A stretch of DNA of 48,356 nucleotides, taken from the IMG/VR virus record IMGVR_UViG_3300037722_001206, positions 1-48,356 of that record. The stretch is one strand, 5' to 3'. The stretch is from a virus (lineage: Duplodnaviria > Caudoviricetes). Of the stretch, positions 24,081 to 33,772 are shown in pieces. Numbering within the stretch: the first letter of the stretch is position 1; each line of letters begins with the position of its first letter. Below the pieces are notes generated by a model that made no database searches, had not been told where the DNA came from, and worked only from the letters and a program-made list of their open reading frames with translations. The position numbers and the translations under genes were made by a program.

Positions 24081-25639
24081 CCGCGCGCCAGGCGGCGATG
24101 CGCTACCGCATCAAGGGCACCGGCATCTATGTGCGTCCTGTGCGCGTGGACGGCAATCTGCCCTACGAGGCGGCGGGTCAGGGCCGGCGGGCGACGACCT
24201 GGCTGGCACCCAGCATGGGTCCGAATGCCTCGCTGCGTTACAGCCAGGGAACCCTGATCAATCGGTCGCGCGATGCGGTGCGCAAGAATCCTCTGGCCGA
24301 TGCTATCGTCTCGACGGTCGAGAGCAATATCGTCGGCACCGGCATCAAGCCGCAATGGCAGACCGACGATAAGGGCCTGAACCGCGATCTGGCGGCGCTG
24401 TGGCTCGAATGGACCGACGAGTCCGATGCCGATCAGCGCCTCGATTTCTACGGCCAGCAGGCACTGGCGATGCGCGGCATCGTGGAGGCCGGTGAGGTAT
24501 TCGGGCGCCTGAGGGTGCGCCGGCCGGAAGACATGACGACCGTTCCCTTGCAGTTGCAGCTCCTGGAAAGCGAGTTCTGCCCGATTACCGAGACGCGGGC
24601 GTTGCCGGGCCGAGAGATCCGCAATGGCATCGAATTCGATCTGGTCGGCCGGCGGACGGCTTATTGGATGTACCGGCAACATCCGTTCGATTGGTCGGCT
24701 CTGGGTGGTGTGGCGGATCTGACGCCGATGGCGGTGCCGGCCAGCGAGGTGGCGCATGTCGCGATATTGCGCCGGCCCGGCCAGATTCGCGGCGAGCCGT
24801 GGTTGACTCGTGCGTTGATCAAATTGCGCGATCTCGACAAATATGACGACGCCGAATTGATGCGCAAACAGGTGGCGGCGCTGATCGCCGGTTTCATCAC
24901 TGAGCCCGGCGAGGAAACGGATGCCTTTGCCGGCGAAGTTCCGAAGTCGGATGAGAACGGGGTGGCGCTGGCGACCTGGGAGCCTGGCACGTTGCAGAAA
25001 TTGCGGCCCGGCGAGGAAGTCACCTTTTCGACGCCCACCGAGGTCGGCGCCACCTACGAGCCCTTCATGCGCGAACAGAAACGCGCGGTTGCGGTTGCCG
25101 GCGGCATTCTCTACGAACAACTGACCGGCGATTACAGCAAGGTCAACGATCGGACGTTCCGGGCGAGCGTCAACGAATTCCGCCGGCGCGCCGCCATGTG
25201 GCAACACCATGTCGCGGTCTATCAGCTTTGCCGTCCGGTGGCCTCGCGATGGATCGATCTGGCGTTGCTCGCCGGATTGATTCGACTTCCCCGTGGTATG
25301 GAGGAACGCGCGCTCAAGCGCATCAAGTGGGTGCCGCAGGGCTGGGCCTACATCCATCCGGTCCAAGAGGTCGATGCCGATCTGAAGGCGATCCGCGCCG
25401 GCCTGAAATCCCGCTCGGACGCGGTCTCTGAACGTGGCGAAAGCGCCGAGGATATCGACCGGCAAACGGCCGAGGACAACGCCCGCGCCGATGCGCTGGG
25501 CAACGCCTACGACAGCGACGGACGGCGGCCGCAATCCGGTGCCGCCAAGGCGCCGCCAGACGATGTGCCCGACGGCGGGGCAGACGCAGCTGTGGCCGAC
25601 GGGCAAGCACAATCGAACGGGAGCGACGGGAATGCTTAA
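24077..25639 (+). CDS. Lambda-family portal protein
   Basis: YEAAG.GRR, RSRD..R.NP, NIVGTGI, NGIEFD..GR, RPGQIRG.PW, YEQLTGDYS.VN. Confidence 0.95.
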   Translation: MTARQAAMRYRIKGTGIYVRPVRVDGNLPYEAAGQGRRATTWLAPSMGPNASLRYSQGTLINRSRDAVRKNPLADAIVSTVESNIVGTGIKPQWQTDDKGLNRDLAALWLEWTDESDADQRLDFYGQQALAMRGIVEAGEVFGRLRVRRPEDMTTVPLQLQLLESEFCPITETRALPGREIRNGIEFDLVGRRTAYWMYRQHPFDWSALGGVADLTPMAVPASEVAHVAILRRPGQIRGEPWLTRALIKLRDLDKYDDAELMRKQVAALIAGFITEPGEETDAFAGEVPKSDENGVALATWEPGTLQKLRPGEEVTFSTPTEVGATYEPFMREQKRAVAVAGGILYEQLTGDYSKVNDRTFRASVNEFRRRAAMWQHHVAVYQLCRPVASRWIDLALLAGLIRLPRGMEERALKRIKWVPQGWAYIHPVQEVDADLKAIRAGLKSRSDAVSERGESAEDIDRQTAEDNARADALGNAYDSDGRRPQSGAAKAPPDDVPDGGADAAVADGQAQSNGSDGNA

Positions 25640-26564
25640 TCATCGGTTGATCCTGGAACGGGTATTGAACACGCCTCTGTTGGCGCATCCGGCCAAGGCT
25701 GAGATCGTCGCCGCGGTCGTGTTGCGTCAGGCCAATATCGAGGTGAATGTCGCCGCCAACGCCGAAATCGTGAACGCGCCGAAACGCCTGGGCCCTCTGC
25801 AGGAGCAAATGCTGCGGGAACAGGATTACGACGACCGACCGTTCCTGTTCGGCCAGGGTATCGCAGTCGTCGAGGTGACCGGCTCGTTGGCGCATCGACA
25901 ATGGCATCTGCGCGAATCCTCGGGCGTCATGGGCTATGACGGCATCGGAGCGCAATTCGACGCGGCGCGCGCCGATCGCGAAGTCCGCGCCATCATGATC
26001 GATATCCACTCTCCGGGGGGCGAAGGATCAGGATGTTTCCAGCTCGCCGACCGGATCTTCGCTGCGCGCGGGGAGAAACCCTTGATCGCGGTCGCCGACG
26101 AGATGGCTTTTTCGGCGGCCTACGCCATCGCCGCCGCCTGCGATGAGGTTTATCTGGCCTCGGAGACGGCCGGCGCCGGATCGGTCGGTGCCGCCTACGT
26201 TCATATGAGCTTCGAGCGGATGATCAAGGGCGAGGGAGTCAAGGCGACGATCTTCCAATCCGGCGAGCGCAAATTAGAGGGCAATCCCCTGGAAGACCTC
26301 AGTCCCGAGACGATCGAGATAATCCAAGCCGAAGTGGATCTCTACGGTCGCATGTTCGAGGGGCGGGTGGCGAAATGGCGCCGGCTGTCTCCGGAGGCGG
26401 TGCGCGCCACCGAGGCCGCCACATTCATGGGTCAGACGGCCATCGACGTTGGTTTCGCCGATGGCATCGCGACCCCGTTTCAAGTGTTCGATGCGCTGAT
26501 CGCTGAGATCGGCGCCCCACAGACCGCTGGGCTGGTGGCGGTTCAACAGAGGAGTCCAACATGA
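25632..26564 (+). CDS. S49 prohead protease (lambda gpC-like)
   Basis: DIHSPGG, AFSAAYAIA, GSVG, K.EGNP...LS. Confidence 0.93.
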   Translation: MLNHRLILERVLNTPLLAHPAKAEIVAAVVLRQANIEVNVAANAEIVNAPKRLGPLQEQMLREQDYDDRPFLFGQGIAVVEVTGSLAHRQWHLRESSGVMGYDGIGAQFDAARADREVRAIMIDIHSPGGEGSGCFQLADRIFAARGEKPLIAVADEMAFSAAYAIAAACDEVYLASETAGAGSVGAAYVHMSFERMIKGEGVKATIFQSGERKLEGNPLEDLSPETIEIIQAEVDLYGRMFEGRVAKWRRLSPEAVRATEAATFMGQTAIDVGFADGIATPFQVFDALIAEIGAPQTAGLVAVQQRSPT

Positions 26565-27199
26565 CCGTATTGAAAAGCCGACTCGCCGCCCAGCAGGCGG
26601 CGCAGCAGAGCGTCATCGTGGCCAAGGCCAAAGCCGCCGACGACGGTGAGGACGAGAAAGTCGCGGCCGAGGATGGCGACGAGGGCGAAGACGAAGAGCA
26701 GGCCAAGGGAAAGACCAAGGCCAAGAAAAAGGCCAAGGCCAAATCGGCGCCAAAGCGGGCTGAAAGCGACGATGAGGACGATGAAGAAATGGCAGCGTCC
26801 GCGTCGGCGGCGCCGGTCGTGGTCCAGGCCGACCCCGGCGCCGTCATCGAATTGTGTGTCCAGTCGGGCGTGGCACACATGGCCAAGACGCTGGTGGACG
26901 CAAAATTGTCGATGACGGAGGTCAAGGCCCGGATCGAATCGGCTGGCGCGATTCGCGGCCTGGTCATGGCGGCCGGACGGATCAGCCGGACCATCGATCC
27001 CAAATTGGCCGAGGGCTTCATTCGCGACGGGGCCTCGATCGAACACGTCAAGGCGGAGATGTTCGACCTGCTGATCAAGGGGCAATCGGCCGAAATCCGC
27101 AACAGCCACGACGGCGACAGCAAGGCCGGGCGGTCGGCCGTTCAGCAGCACGGCTGGGATGCCGCCTTCGCCACGGCCAGCCCGCGCAAGGCGGTCTGA
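26561..27199 (+). CDS. Probable scaffold protein
   Basis: Acidic/lysine-rich low-complexity N-terminus; Nu3-like position between protease and decoration genes. Confidence 0.65.
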   Translation: MTVLKSRLAAQQAAQQSVIVAKAKAADDGEDEKVAAEDGDEGEDEEQAKGKTKAKKKAKAKSAPKRAESDDEDDEEMAASASAAPVVVQADPGAVIELCVQSGVAHMAKTLVDAKLSMTEVKARIESAGAIRGLVMAAGRISRTIDPKLAEGFIRDGASIEHVKAEMFDLLIKGQSAEIRNSHDGDSKAGRSAVQQHGWDAAFATASPRKAV

Positions 27200-27232
27200 C
27201 CGGTATTCAATCTAAGAGAGGAGCAATTGCAC

Positions 27233-27619
27233 ATGACGACCCCACTCACTGAAGGCAAGCATCGCGGCGAATTCATCGTCAGCGAGGCGGAGGCCAGCGG
27301 CTTCCGGTCGCGCAGCACTGGAACGGTTCTGTCGGGAGAGGTGCTGGTGGCAGGACAAATCGTGGAGGCCGACGGCAGCGGCAAGTTGAAGGCGCTGTCC
27401 GGACTGCTCAATACCGGGCTTGGTCTGATCACCGAGGCCGCCGGCATCATGTACGACAACGTGGATGCCAGTGCCGGCGACGCGACGGGCGCGGTCTTTA
27501 TCGCCCGCGACGCCGAGGTCAACGGCGCCGAACTCACCTATCCGACCGAATCCACCGCGGGCGGCGAAGCGGCGGCGACAAACGCCAGCCTCGCCTTGCT
27601 CGGCATCATCGTCCGCTGA
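27233..27619 (+). CDS. Head decoration protein (gpD-like)
   Basis: EFIVSEA....RSR; AAGIMYDNVDA; ARDAEVNG.EL. Confidence 0.88.
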   Translation: MTTPLTEGKHRGEFIVSEAEASGFRSRSTGTVLSGEVLVAGQIVEADGSGKLKALSGLLNTGLGLITEAAGIMYDNVDASAGDATGAVFIARDAEVNGAELTYPTESTAGGEAAATNASLALLGIIVR

Positions 27620-27682
27620 ACGATCGTTCGCTGACATTTTGAACAGCGGCTTTCTCACAGCCTCATCCAAGGAGTATCCACC

Positions 27683-28714
27683 ATGGCACACATGGACGTT
27701 TTCAACAGCGACGCCTTCACGATGGGCGAGATGACGGCCGCGCTGAACAAGCAGGACTTCCAGCCCAGCCTGTTGCGCAGTCTTGGCATCTTCACGGCCA
27801 AGCCGATCCGCACCGAATTCGCCACCATCGAGGAACGGGATGGCGTTCTGGCGCTGATTCAAACCTCGAATCGCGGGGCGCCGCTTGGCCAGCGAACCAC
27901 CGAGAAACGCAAGTTGCATCGCATCGACGTGCCGCGCATCGCCAAGGGCGATCGGATCACGGCGAGCGAAATCGCTGGCATCCGCGATTTCGGCACGGAA
28001 AGCGAATTGATGCAGGTGCAATCGGAGGTCGCCCGGCGCCTCAATGGTCCGGCGAGTCTCATGCGCGATGTCGAGTTGACCTGGGAACACATGGCACTCG
28101 GCGCCGTGCAGGGCATCGTGCTCGATGCCGATGCGACCGAGATCATCAATTGGTTCACCGTGTTCGATCTGGTCCAGGACTCCGAGATCGATTTCGATCT
28201 GGATGCCGCGTCGCCGACCTCCGGTGCCGTGCGAAAGAAATGCACGCAAGTGATACGACAAATGCAGCGGGCGGCCAAAGGCGCCTGGACGCCCATGAGC
28301 CGAATCGTTGCATTGTGCGGCGATGCTTTTTGGGACGATCTGACGGCGCATAGCGAAGTCCGTGAGACCTTTCTCGGTACCCAGGAAGCACGGCAATTGC
28401 GCGAAGGCCTGGCCTACGAGCAGTTCAACTACGGCGGCATCACCTGGATCAATTATCAAGGCACCGACGACGGCACGACGGTCGCGATCGGGTCGGACAA
28501 GGCCAAATTCTTCCCGATCAACGCGCCGGGGGTCTTCGATAAGATCGAATCGCCGGGGGAATGGTTCGACGTAGTGAATACGCCCGGCCAACCGGTCTAT
28601 TCCATGGTCATCCCGGACGAGAAGCGCAACGCCTTCGTGGATCTGGAAGTCTACAGCTATCCGTTGTTCGTCTGCACACGGCCGAAGATGCTGCAGCGGG
28701 CGAAGCGGACCTAA
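27683..28714 (+). CDS. Major capsid protein (phage_cap_E family)
   Basis: DVFNSDAF...MTAALN, IRDFGTESEL, T.EHM.LGA..G, S.PL..CTRP. Confidence 0.95.
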   Translation: MAHMDVFNSDAFTMGEMTAALNKQDFQPSLLRSLGIFTAKPIRTEFATIEERDGVLALIQTSNRGAPLGQRTTEKRKLHRIDVPRIAKGDRITASEIAGIRDFGTESELMQVQSEVARRLNGPASLMRDVELTWEHMALGAVQGIVLDADATEIINWFTVFDLVQDSEIDFDLDAASPTSGAVRKKCTQVIRQMQRAAKGAWTPMSRIVALCGDAFWDDLTAHSEVRETFLGTQEARQLREGLAYEQFNYGGITWINYQGTDDGTTVAIGSDKAKFFPINAPGVFDKIESPGEWFDVVNTPGQPVYSMVIPDEKRNAFVDLEVYSYPLFVCTRPKMLQRAKRT

Positions 28715-28742
28715 ACCAAGGCCTGAAGACACTTGCCGATGA

Positions 28743-28772
28743 ACGGGCGCGGCGATCAAAAGCCGCGCCCGT
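28743..28772 (+). terminator. Hairpin after the capsid gene
   Basis: ACGGGCGCGGC-GATCAAAA-GCCGCGCCCGT; weak U tract. Confidence 0.5.
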
Positions 28773-28822
28773 ATACCCCATAAAATGGCGCTCACCGGAG
28801 CATCGTTTCGAGGTTCGAGATC

Positions 28823-29746
28823 ATGGAACGGACTCTGTGCGTCCTGGATGAACGCGAGGTCTGGCAGGGGCCGTTGATTTCTGCCGCGCGGCAAAGGGGG
28901 TGGCACGCCCGGCGGGTTTTGGCGGGTTACGACACCGGCGCGACCGAAAAGGGTTTCGGTTTCATCCGGCCGCATGCCGATCCGGCGCGTTTGCGCATTA
29001 ATCAATCGGTCGACGATCCGGCCATGCGGGCGCGGTTGCGCATGTTCCAGGATCGCGCCCAGATCGAGGTCTACGAGAACAAGACCGAACAATGGCGGCG
29101 CTGGGGCCGATTCATGCCGGAGACCTGGTTGGTGACCAACCGGGATCAACTCGACGCAATTGATTTGCCGTTTCCTCTGGTATCCAAGGCCAACGAGGGC
29201 GCGTCGTCGGTCAACGTGCGGATCCTCGGCGACCGGGATGCGCTGCGTCGACACTCGGCACAGGTTTTCACTTCCGGCATATCGGTGAATTGCTGCGCCG
29301 GCAGCGCGAAGGTGACGCAAAAGGATTACCTGTTCCTGCAACGCTTCATCCCGCACGAGATCACTTGGCGGGTGAACATCGTTGGTCGGCAATTAGCCAT
29401 CTTCCGACGGTTTTGTTATCCAACGCGGCCCGTAGCTCAGACCGGCAATGTCGAGCCGGTGAAGATCATGGATGCGGTCACCCACGATTTATTGCAATAC
29501 GCCGGCGCGGTATTCGCGGCACTGGAAACGCGCTGGTGTGCAATCGACGTGCTGCGCGACGGCGACCGATGGCGATTGCTCGAAACGTCATTGGCCTGGC
29601 CGTGGCCGTCGCCCGGGGATTGCGACAACGGAGTGTTCTTTATCGAACAGGATGATGCTTTCGTCCCCAGTGGCCGGCGATGGATCGACATGATGGACGT
29701 GCTGCTGGATGAAGCCGAGGCTGACGTTTGGAATCGGGCCGCGTGA
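28823..29746 (+). CDS. RimK-like ATP-grasp ligase
   Basis: YENK...MPETW, FPLVSKANEGASS.NV, LQRFIP...WRVNIVG, AIDVL......LLETS. Confidence 0.82.
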   Translation: MERTLCVLDEREVWQGPLISAARQRGWHARRVLAGYDTGATEKGFGFIRPHADPARLRINQSVDDPAMRARLRMFQDRAQIEVYENKTEQWRRWGRFMPETWLVTNRDQLDAIDLPFPLVSKANEGASSVNVRILGDRDALRRHSAQVFTSGISVNCCAGSAKVTQKDYLFLQRFIPHEITWRVNIVGRQLAIFRRFCYPTRPVAQTGNVEPVKIMDAVTHDLLQYAGAVFAALETRWCAIDVLRDGDRWRLLETSLAWPWPSPGDCDNGVFFIEQDDAFVPSGRRWIDMMDVLLDEAEADVWNRAA

Positions 29747-30042
29747 TGATGGCGAGCCGGTGGTTGTTGCAACGGCTGTTCTTCCTGTGGGTTACGTTCA
29801 GCATGATCATGTGCGTGGTGATTTTCCTGCCATGGTTTCTGCCGCGCGAAACCGTCTGCGGTCTGCTGGGCCGCTGGAAGGACAGCGTTTGGCGCTGGCA
29901 GCGCGCATTGGGCACGGCCGGCTGTTGGCTGTTTGACCGGATATTGCACACCGACGAGGAAGATTGCGGAACCATCGCGCGCATGGAGGCGACGGCGCGC
30001 CAGGTGCTCTATCGGCGCGGAGAGACCGCCGGATGCGAGTAG
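29746..30042 (+). CDS. Small membrane protein
   Basis: Hydrophobic N-terminus; RETVCGLLGR motif; TGATG coupling. Confidence 0.65.
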   Translation: MMASRWLLQRLFFLWVTFSMIMCVVIFLPWFLPRETVCGLLGRWKDSVWRWQRALGTAGCWLFDRILHTDEEDCGTIARMEATARQVLYRRGETAGCE

Positions 30043-30845
30043 AGACCATCGTCACCTGGAAGTGGCGCAAGCCAGGGTATCGATCCACATTCACCGCCGA
30101 ACACGTCAACGTCGCGCGAGACATGGTGGCGCGCCATTACAAACGACCGCACCGCTTCGTGTGTGTCACCGACGATCCCGCTGGCCTGGACCCTCGCATC
30201 GAGGTCCAGTCCATAGGCGATCTCTGGGCCGATATACCGAACCCATCCTGGCCGGCCGGTCCGAGTTGCTATCGGCGCCTGGCTCTGTTCGCCAGTGACG
30301 CGGAACAACGATTCGGACGGCGTTTCGTCTCGATCGATCTGGATGTGGTGATCACCGGGGATCTGATGCCCGTGTGGGAACGCCCGGAGCCTATCGTGCT
30401 CTGGTCCGATCCTAATTTCCATCCCAAGGGCATGTATTGCGGATCGATGATTCTGCTGAGCGCCGGTGCGGCGCCGGAAATCTACGAGACCTTCGATCCG
30501 CTGATCAGCCCGCGGCAAACCCGTGCGGCCGGATGCATGGGTTCTGACCAAGGTTGGCTGTCGTATAAGCTCGGGCGCGGGCGCCCAGTATGGACCACGG
30601 CGGATGGTGTCTATTCGTTCTGGGTGCATCTGGAAAAACGGAACCGGCGATTGCCGGCGGATGCGCGCATCGTGTTTTTCCACGGGCACCGCGATTCCTG
30701 GCACGCCGACGTGCAGGCGCAACATCCATGGGTGAGGGAGCATTGGCGATGCGAATTTCTTGCCGAAAAGACGATCCCGGATATCCAGGCGCCGACAATT
30801 ATCATCAGTTGTCCGCCCGCGTTCTCGTCGCCGGCGTCGAAATGA
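30033..30845 (+). CDS. GT-A fold glycosyltransferase
   Basis: HVN....MVARH.....RFVCVTDD, IDLDVVITG (DxD), GSDQGWL, RIVFFHG. Confidence 0.85.
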   Translation: MRVETIVTWKWRKPGYRSTFTAEHVNVARDMVARHYKRPHRFVCVTDDPAGLDPRIEVQSIGDLWADIPNPSWPAGPSCYRRLALFASDAEQRFGRRFVSIDLDVVITGDLMPVWERPEPIVLWSDPNFHPKGMYCGSMILLSAGAAPEIYETFDPLISPRQTRAAGCMGSDQGWLSYKLGRGRPVWTTADGVYSFWVHLEKRNRRLPADARIVFFHGHRDSWHADVQAQHPWVREHWRCEFLAEKTIPDIQAPTIIISCPPAFSSPASK

Positions 30846-30889
30846 ATCATTGCATCACCGCCGACGAGGAAAAGGGATTCGCCAGATGA
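30749..30889 (+). pseudogene. Truncated small phage protein
   Basis: MRIS..DDPG...G.E..HCITADEEKG resembles the N-terminal half of a longer phage family; overlapped by the extended GT C-terminus. Confidence 0.4.
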
Positions 30890-31860
30890 CCTGGACGGTG
30901 CCGCGCGAATGGATGGGCGAGACGGCCTGGATCATCGGCGGCGGCGAATCTTTGCGCGGCTTCGACGCGGCGCGTCTGAAAGGCCGCGGACGGGTGATCG
31001 GTGTCAACGAGGCGGGCTTGGCCGCCGATCCGGGCGCGGCCGACGAATTGCCGCACGCGCCGTGGGCCGACGTTCTCTATTGGGCCGACAAACAATGGAT
31101 CAATTGGAATTGGCGGCGTCTAGGCGAACATACGGGGCGCTATCGGGTGGCGCGTTTTGCGCCGGTGATCAGCGAGGATAACGATGCCGGCGCCCGCATC
31201 ACGGCGCAGTACGATATCAAGGTTCTGCCGCCCACAAAGGTGGCCTTGTCGGACAGGCCGACCAGTTTGTCCGGTTTCTGCTCCGGCGGGGCGGCGATCA
31301 ACCTGGCCTATCTGTTCGGGGCGACCCGCATCGTCCTGCTTGGATTCGACATGCAGGGCGGCAATTGGCATGGACGGCATATGCGCGGCGGCGACGAGAA
31401 ACGATATCGCAGCCGATTCATGCCGGCGATCGTCGCGATGGCCGAACCGTTGCGCGGCGCCGGGATCGAGGTCATCAACGCAGTGACCGCACCGGGGGCC
31501 TCGACGTTGACGTGCTTTCCTATCAGGCCGCTCGAAGATGTGCTGGCCGGGATGCCGCCACGAACCGATTCGCCAGGCGGCGCGACGCCCGAGCGGGAAA
31601 CCGCGGAATACCAGGAATCAATCATCGGTCTGGAGATAATCACTGGCCTGGAGGTGATCTCCCCGCTCGCCGTCATGCCGATGATCCGCAAAATGGCGGC
31701 GCGTCCGAATTGTACGATCGTCATCCGTCTCGCCGGGCCGGATATCGTCACTCGCCGCTCGCCGCAATGGTGGCGGCTGCGCCTTCAATTGGCGTTCTCC
31801 GAGGTCATCATGGTGAGCAGCGATAACACACAGGTGGAATTCAAATGCCGCAATCCGTAG
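30886..31860 (+). CDS. MptE/Maf-like (DUF115, sialyltransferase-like fold) transferase
   Basis: IIGGGESL, VIGVN, ADVLYWAD..W, SGGAAINLAYLFGA.RIVLLGFDM, VINA. Confidence 0.8.
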   Translation: MTWTVPREWMGETAWIIGGGESLRGFDAARLKGRGRVIGVNEAGLAADPGAADELPHAPWADVLYWADKQWINWNWRRLGEHTGRYRVARFAPVISEDNDAGARITAQYDIKVLPPTKVALSDRPTSLSGFCSGGAAINLAYLFGATRIVLLGFDMQGGNWHGRHMRGGDEKRYRSRFMPAIVAMAEPLRGAGIEVINAVTAPGASTLTCFPIRPLEDVLAGMPPRTDSPGGATPERETAEYQESIIGLEIITGLEVISPLAVMPMIRKMAARPNCTIVIRLAGPDIVTRRSPQWWRLRLQLAFSEVIMVSSDNTQVEFKCRNP

Positions 31861-32192
31861 GTTTGCCGCTGTTCGATGCGATCAACGATGCAATTCTCGG
31901 GGTGTTTGGCGAGACGAATCCGATCACGCTGATCAAATACGATATCGATGGCGGCACGATCGCCATCGTCGAAACCGAGGGCGTTTTCGACGCCCGGCAT
32001 TTCTCTGTCGAGGTCAACGGCGAAGTCCCGATATCGGAATATCAGACGATTCTGCTGTGCCGCCGGTCGGCGGTCGATCCGTTCAGCCACGACGATCGGA
32101 TCACCGTGCGCGGCACCGATTATCTGATCAAGGATTCGCGCCCCGACAGCGAGGGCATGGTGGTGCTGGTTCTTGCATTGGCGCCCGCCTGA
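31845..32192 (+). CDS. Head-tail joining protein (FII-like)
   Basis: GVFD......DRITVRG..Y.I....PD.EGM..LVL. Confidence 0.75.
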   Translation: MPQSVGLPLFDAINDAILGVFGETNPITLIKYDIDGGTIAIVETEGVFDARHFSVEVNGEVPISEYQTILLCRRSAVDPFSHDDRITVRGTDYLIKDSRPDSEGMVVLVLALAPA

Positions 32193-32605
32193 TGCATCCG
32201 CGCAAGGCGATCCGCCATGCCGCCGTCGATCTGCTGATCGCCGGTATTTCCGCCGTCGGCGGCAGGGTATTCCGCTCTCGCGTCTATCCCATGGGGCGCG
32301 CCGATCTGCCGGGCATCTGCGTCTATACGATTCGCGAGCCGAACGAGGAAATGACCATCGCCGGCCGGCTGCAACGCGATCTGGAAATGGCGGTCGATAT
32401 CTATGTTCGCAACAGCAACACGCCCGATGACGAATTGGACGACATCGCCGAAACCGTCGAGGCCGTGATGGCCGGAAATCGCAAGCTGACCGGCACCGCC
32501 CAATGGAACAGTTTGATCGATACCACGATCGGCTTTTCCGGCGAAGGTGAGAAGGCTAACGGGCTGGCTCGGCTGCGATATCGCGTCCGCTATTTCACTC
32601 CCTGA
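32192..32605 (+). CDS. Tail terminator/completion protein
   Basis: HPRKAIRHA..L; RVF.SRVYP....LP.I.VYT; DDELDDIAE.VE. Confidence 0.8.
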   Translation: MHPRKAIRHAAVDLLIAGISAVGGRVFRSRVYPMGRADLPGICVYTIREPNEEMTIAGRLQRDLEMAVDIYVRNSNTPDDELDDIAETVEAVMAGNRKLTGTAQWNSLIDTTIGFSGEGEKANGLARLRYRVRYFTP

Positions 32606-32664
32606 AGGCAAAACCTCCAAATCATCGATTGAGAGTCGTTTCCCAACAGAAGGAATCATTGGCC

Positions 32665-33129
32665 ATGACCGTTCATACCTCCGCAGGCACGAAAATTTAC
32701 ATCGGTGGCAAGGGCCCGCTGCTTGACGAATCCGCGTTCCAATTGATCGGCGAGATCGTCAATCCGGGCGAATTTGGCCGGGTCTATGAGGAGATTCAAC
32801 ATACGTCCCTCGATAATCGCAACGTGCGCAAATTCAAGGGCTCGCGCAACGACGGCAACATGAACATGCAATTGGGCCGCGATCCCAGCGACGACGGGCA
32901 GGCCGATCTGATCGTCGCGCTTGACGACGATGACGATTACAATTTCAAGGTGGAATTGAACGACGATCCAGGCGGCACCGGGGATTCGCCGACGACGATT
33001 CTCTTCAAAGCCAAGGTCATGTCGTACACAACCAATATCGGCGATGCCAATTCGATCGTGGCGGCCACGGCCTTGCTCGGCATTCAATCCGGCACCATCG
33101 TTGAGACCGCCGCCATCGACGTTCCCTAA
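32665..33129 (+). CDS. Major tail tube protein
   Basis: TSAGTKIYI; IGEI...GEFG; VRKFKGSRNDG; D.SDDGQ. Confidence 0.85.
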   Translation: MTVHTSAGTKIYIGGKGPLLDESAFQLIGEIVNPGEFGRVYEEIQHTSLDNRNVRKFKGSRNDGNMNMQLGRDPSDDGQADLIVALDDDDDYNFKVELNDDPGGTGDSPTTILFKAKVMSYTTNIGDANSIVAATALLGIQSGTIVETAAIDVP

Positions 33130-33140
33130 AGGGCCGTCCC

Positions 33141-33524
33141 ATGACAAATGCAACCCTGGCCGAGATCGAGTTCACGATCGACGACAAAACCTATGCGATG
33201 ACGCCGCCGACGCCGCGAATCATCTTCGCCGCCGCGCGCTTCTGCGGCGGCATCTTTCCCATGCGCGAGATGGCCGACAAGGTCGACCTGGACTATTACT
33301 TCATGCTCTTGCGCACCGCCTGTCCGGAGGCGCCGCGCGAGGAGGCGGAGTTGCAGGCGTTCATCGTCGAGCATCTCGATATCCTGATTCCGGCGCTGAC
33401 CAAATATTGGGCGGCGTTGCAGAACAACGGACGGCTGCCGGAGCTTGATCGCGCCGGGGCCGACCGGACGGCAAATTCGGATGCCGAGGGAAAAGTCGAT
33501 CCGGCGCCGGTCATCGGCAGCTGA
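33141..33524 (+). CDS. Tail assembly chaperone (gpG-like)
   Basis: Between tube and tape measure; ends near the slippery sequence. Confidence 0.75.
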   Translation: MTNATLAEIEFTIDDKTYAMTPPTPRIIFAAARFCGGIFPMREMADKVDLDYYFMLLRTACPEAPREEAELQAFIVEHLDILIPALTKYWAALQNNGRLPELDRAGADRTANSDAEGKVDPAPVIGS

Positions 33525-33766
33525 CGCCGGAACAATACGCCGAGGAGTTGTTCGCCGATGCCATGGGCTGTTTGCATTGGCCGGCCGATCTGGCGCTCGA
33601 TACGCCGCTGCCGTGGATCGAATTGGCGATGAACAGCTATTGGCGAAATCTGAGGCTTTCCCTCGGACTGCCGCCCGAGCCGCCGGCGCCGGAAACGCTC
33701 GACCGGCCCGCCGTGGCGAGGAAAACGCTGCGGATGTTCCGCGCCTTGGCGAAAACAAAAGGATGA
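33488..33766 (+). CDS. -1 frameshift extension (gpGT-like)
   Basis: G GGA AAA in X XXY YYZ register at 33488-33494; -1 frame open to 33766 (AMGCLHWP....TP). Confidence 0.75.
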   Translation, partial: GKSRSGAGHRQLTPEQYAEELFADAMGCLHWPADLALDTPLPWIELAMNSYWRNLRLSLGLPPEPPAPETLDRPAVARKTLRMFRALAKTKG

Positions 33767-33772
33767 TAAATC

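Noticed and set aside
28721-28772. CTGAAGA followed by a hairpin after the capsid gene
   Set aside because: No GAAA or stem II in the required arrangement
27212-29392. 726-aa minus-strand ORF and other long antisense ORFs (3817-5322, 23966-25612, 36466-38001)
   Set aside because: Shadow frames of high-GC genes with clear products on the opposite strand; no motifs
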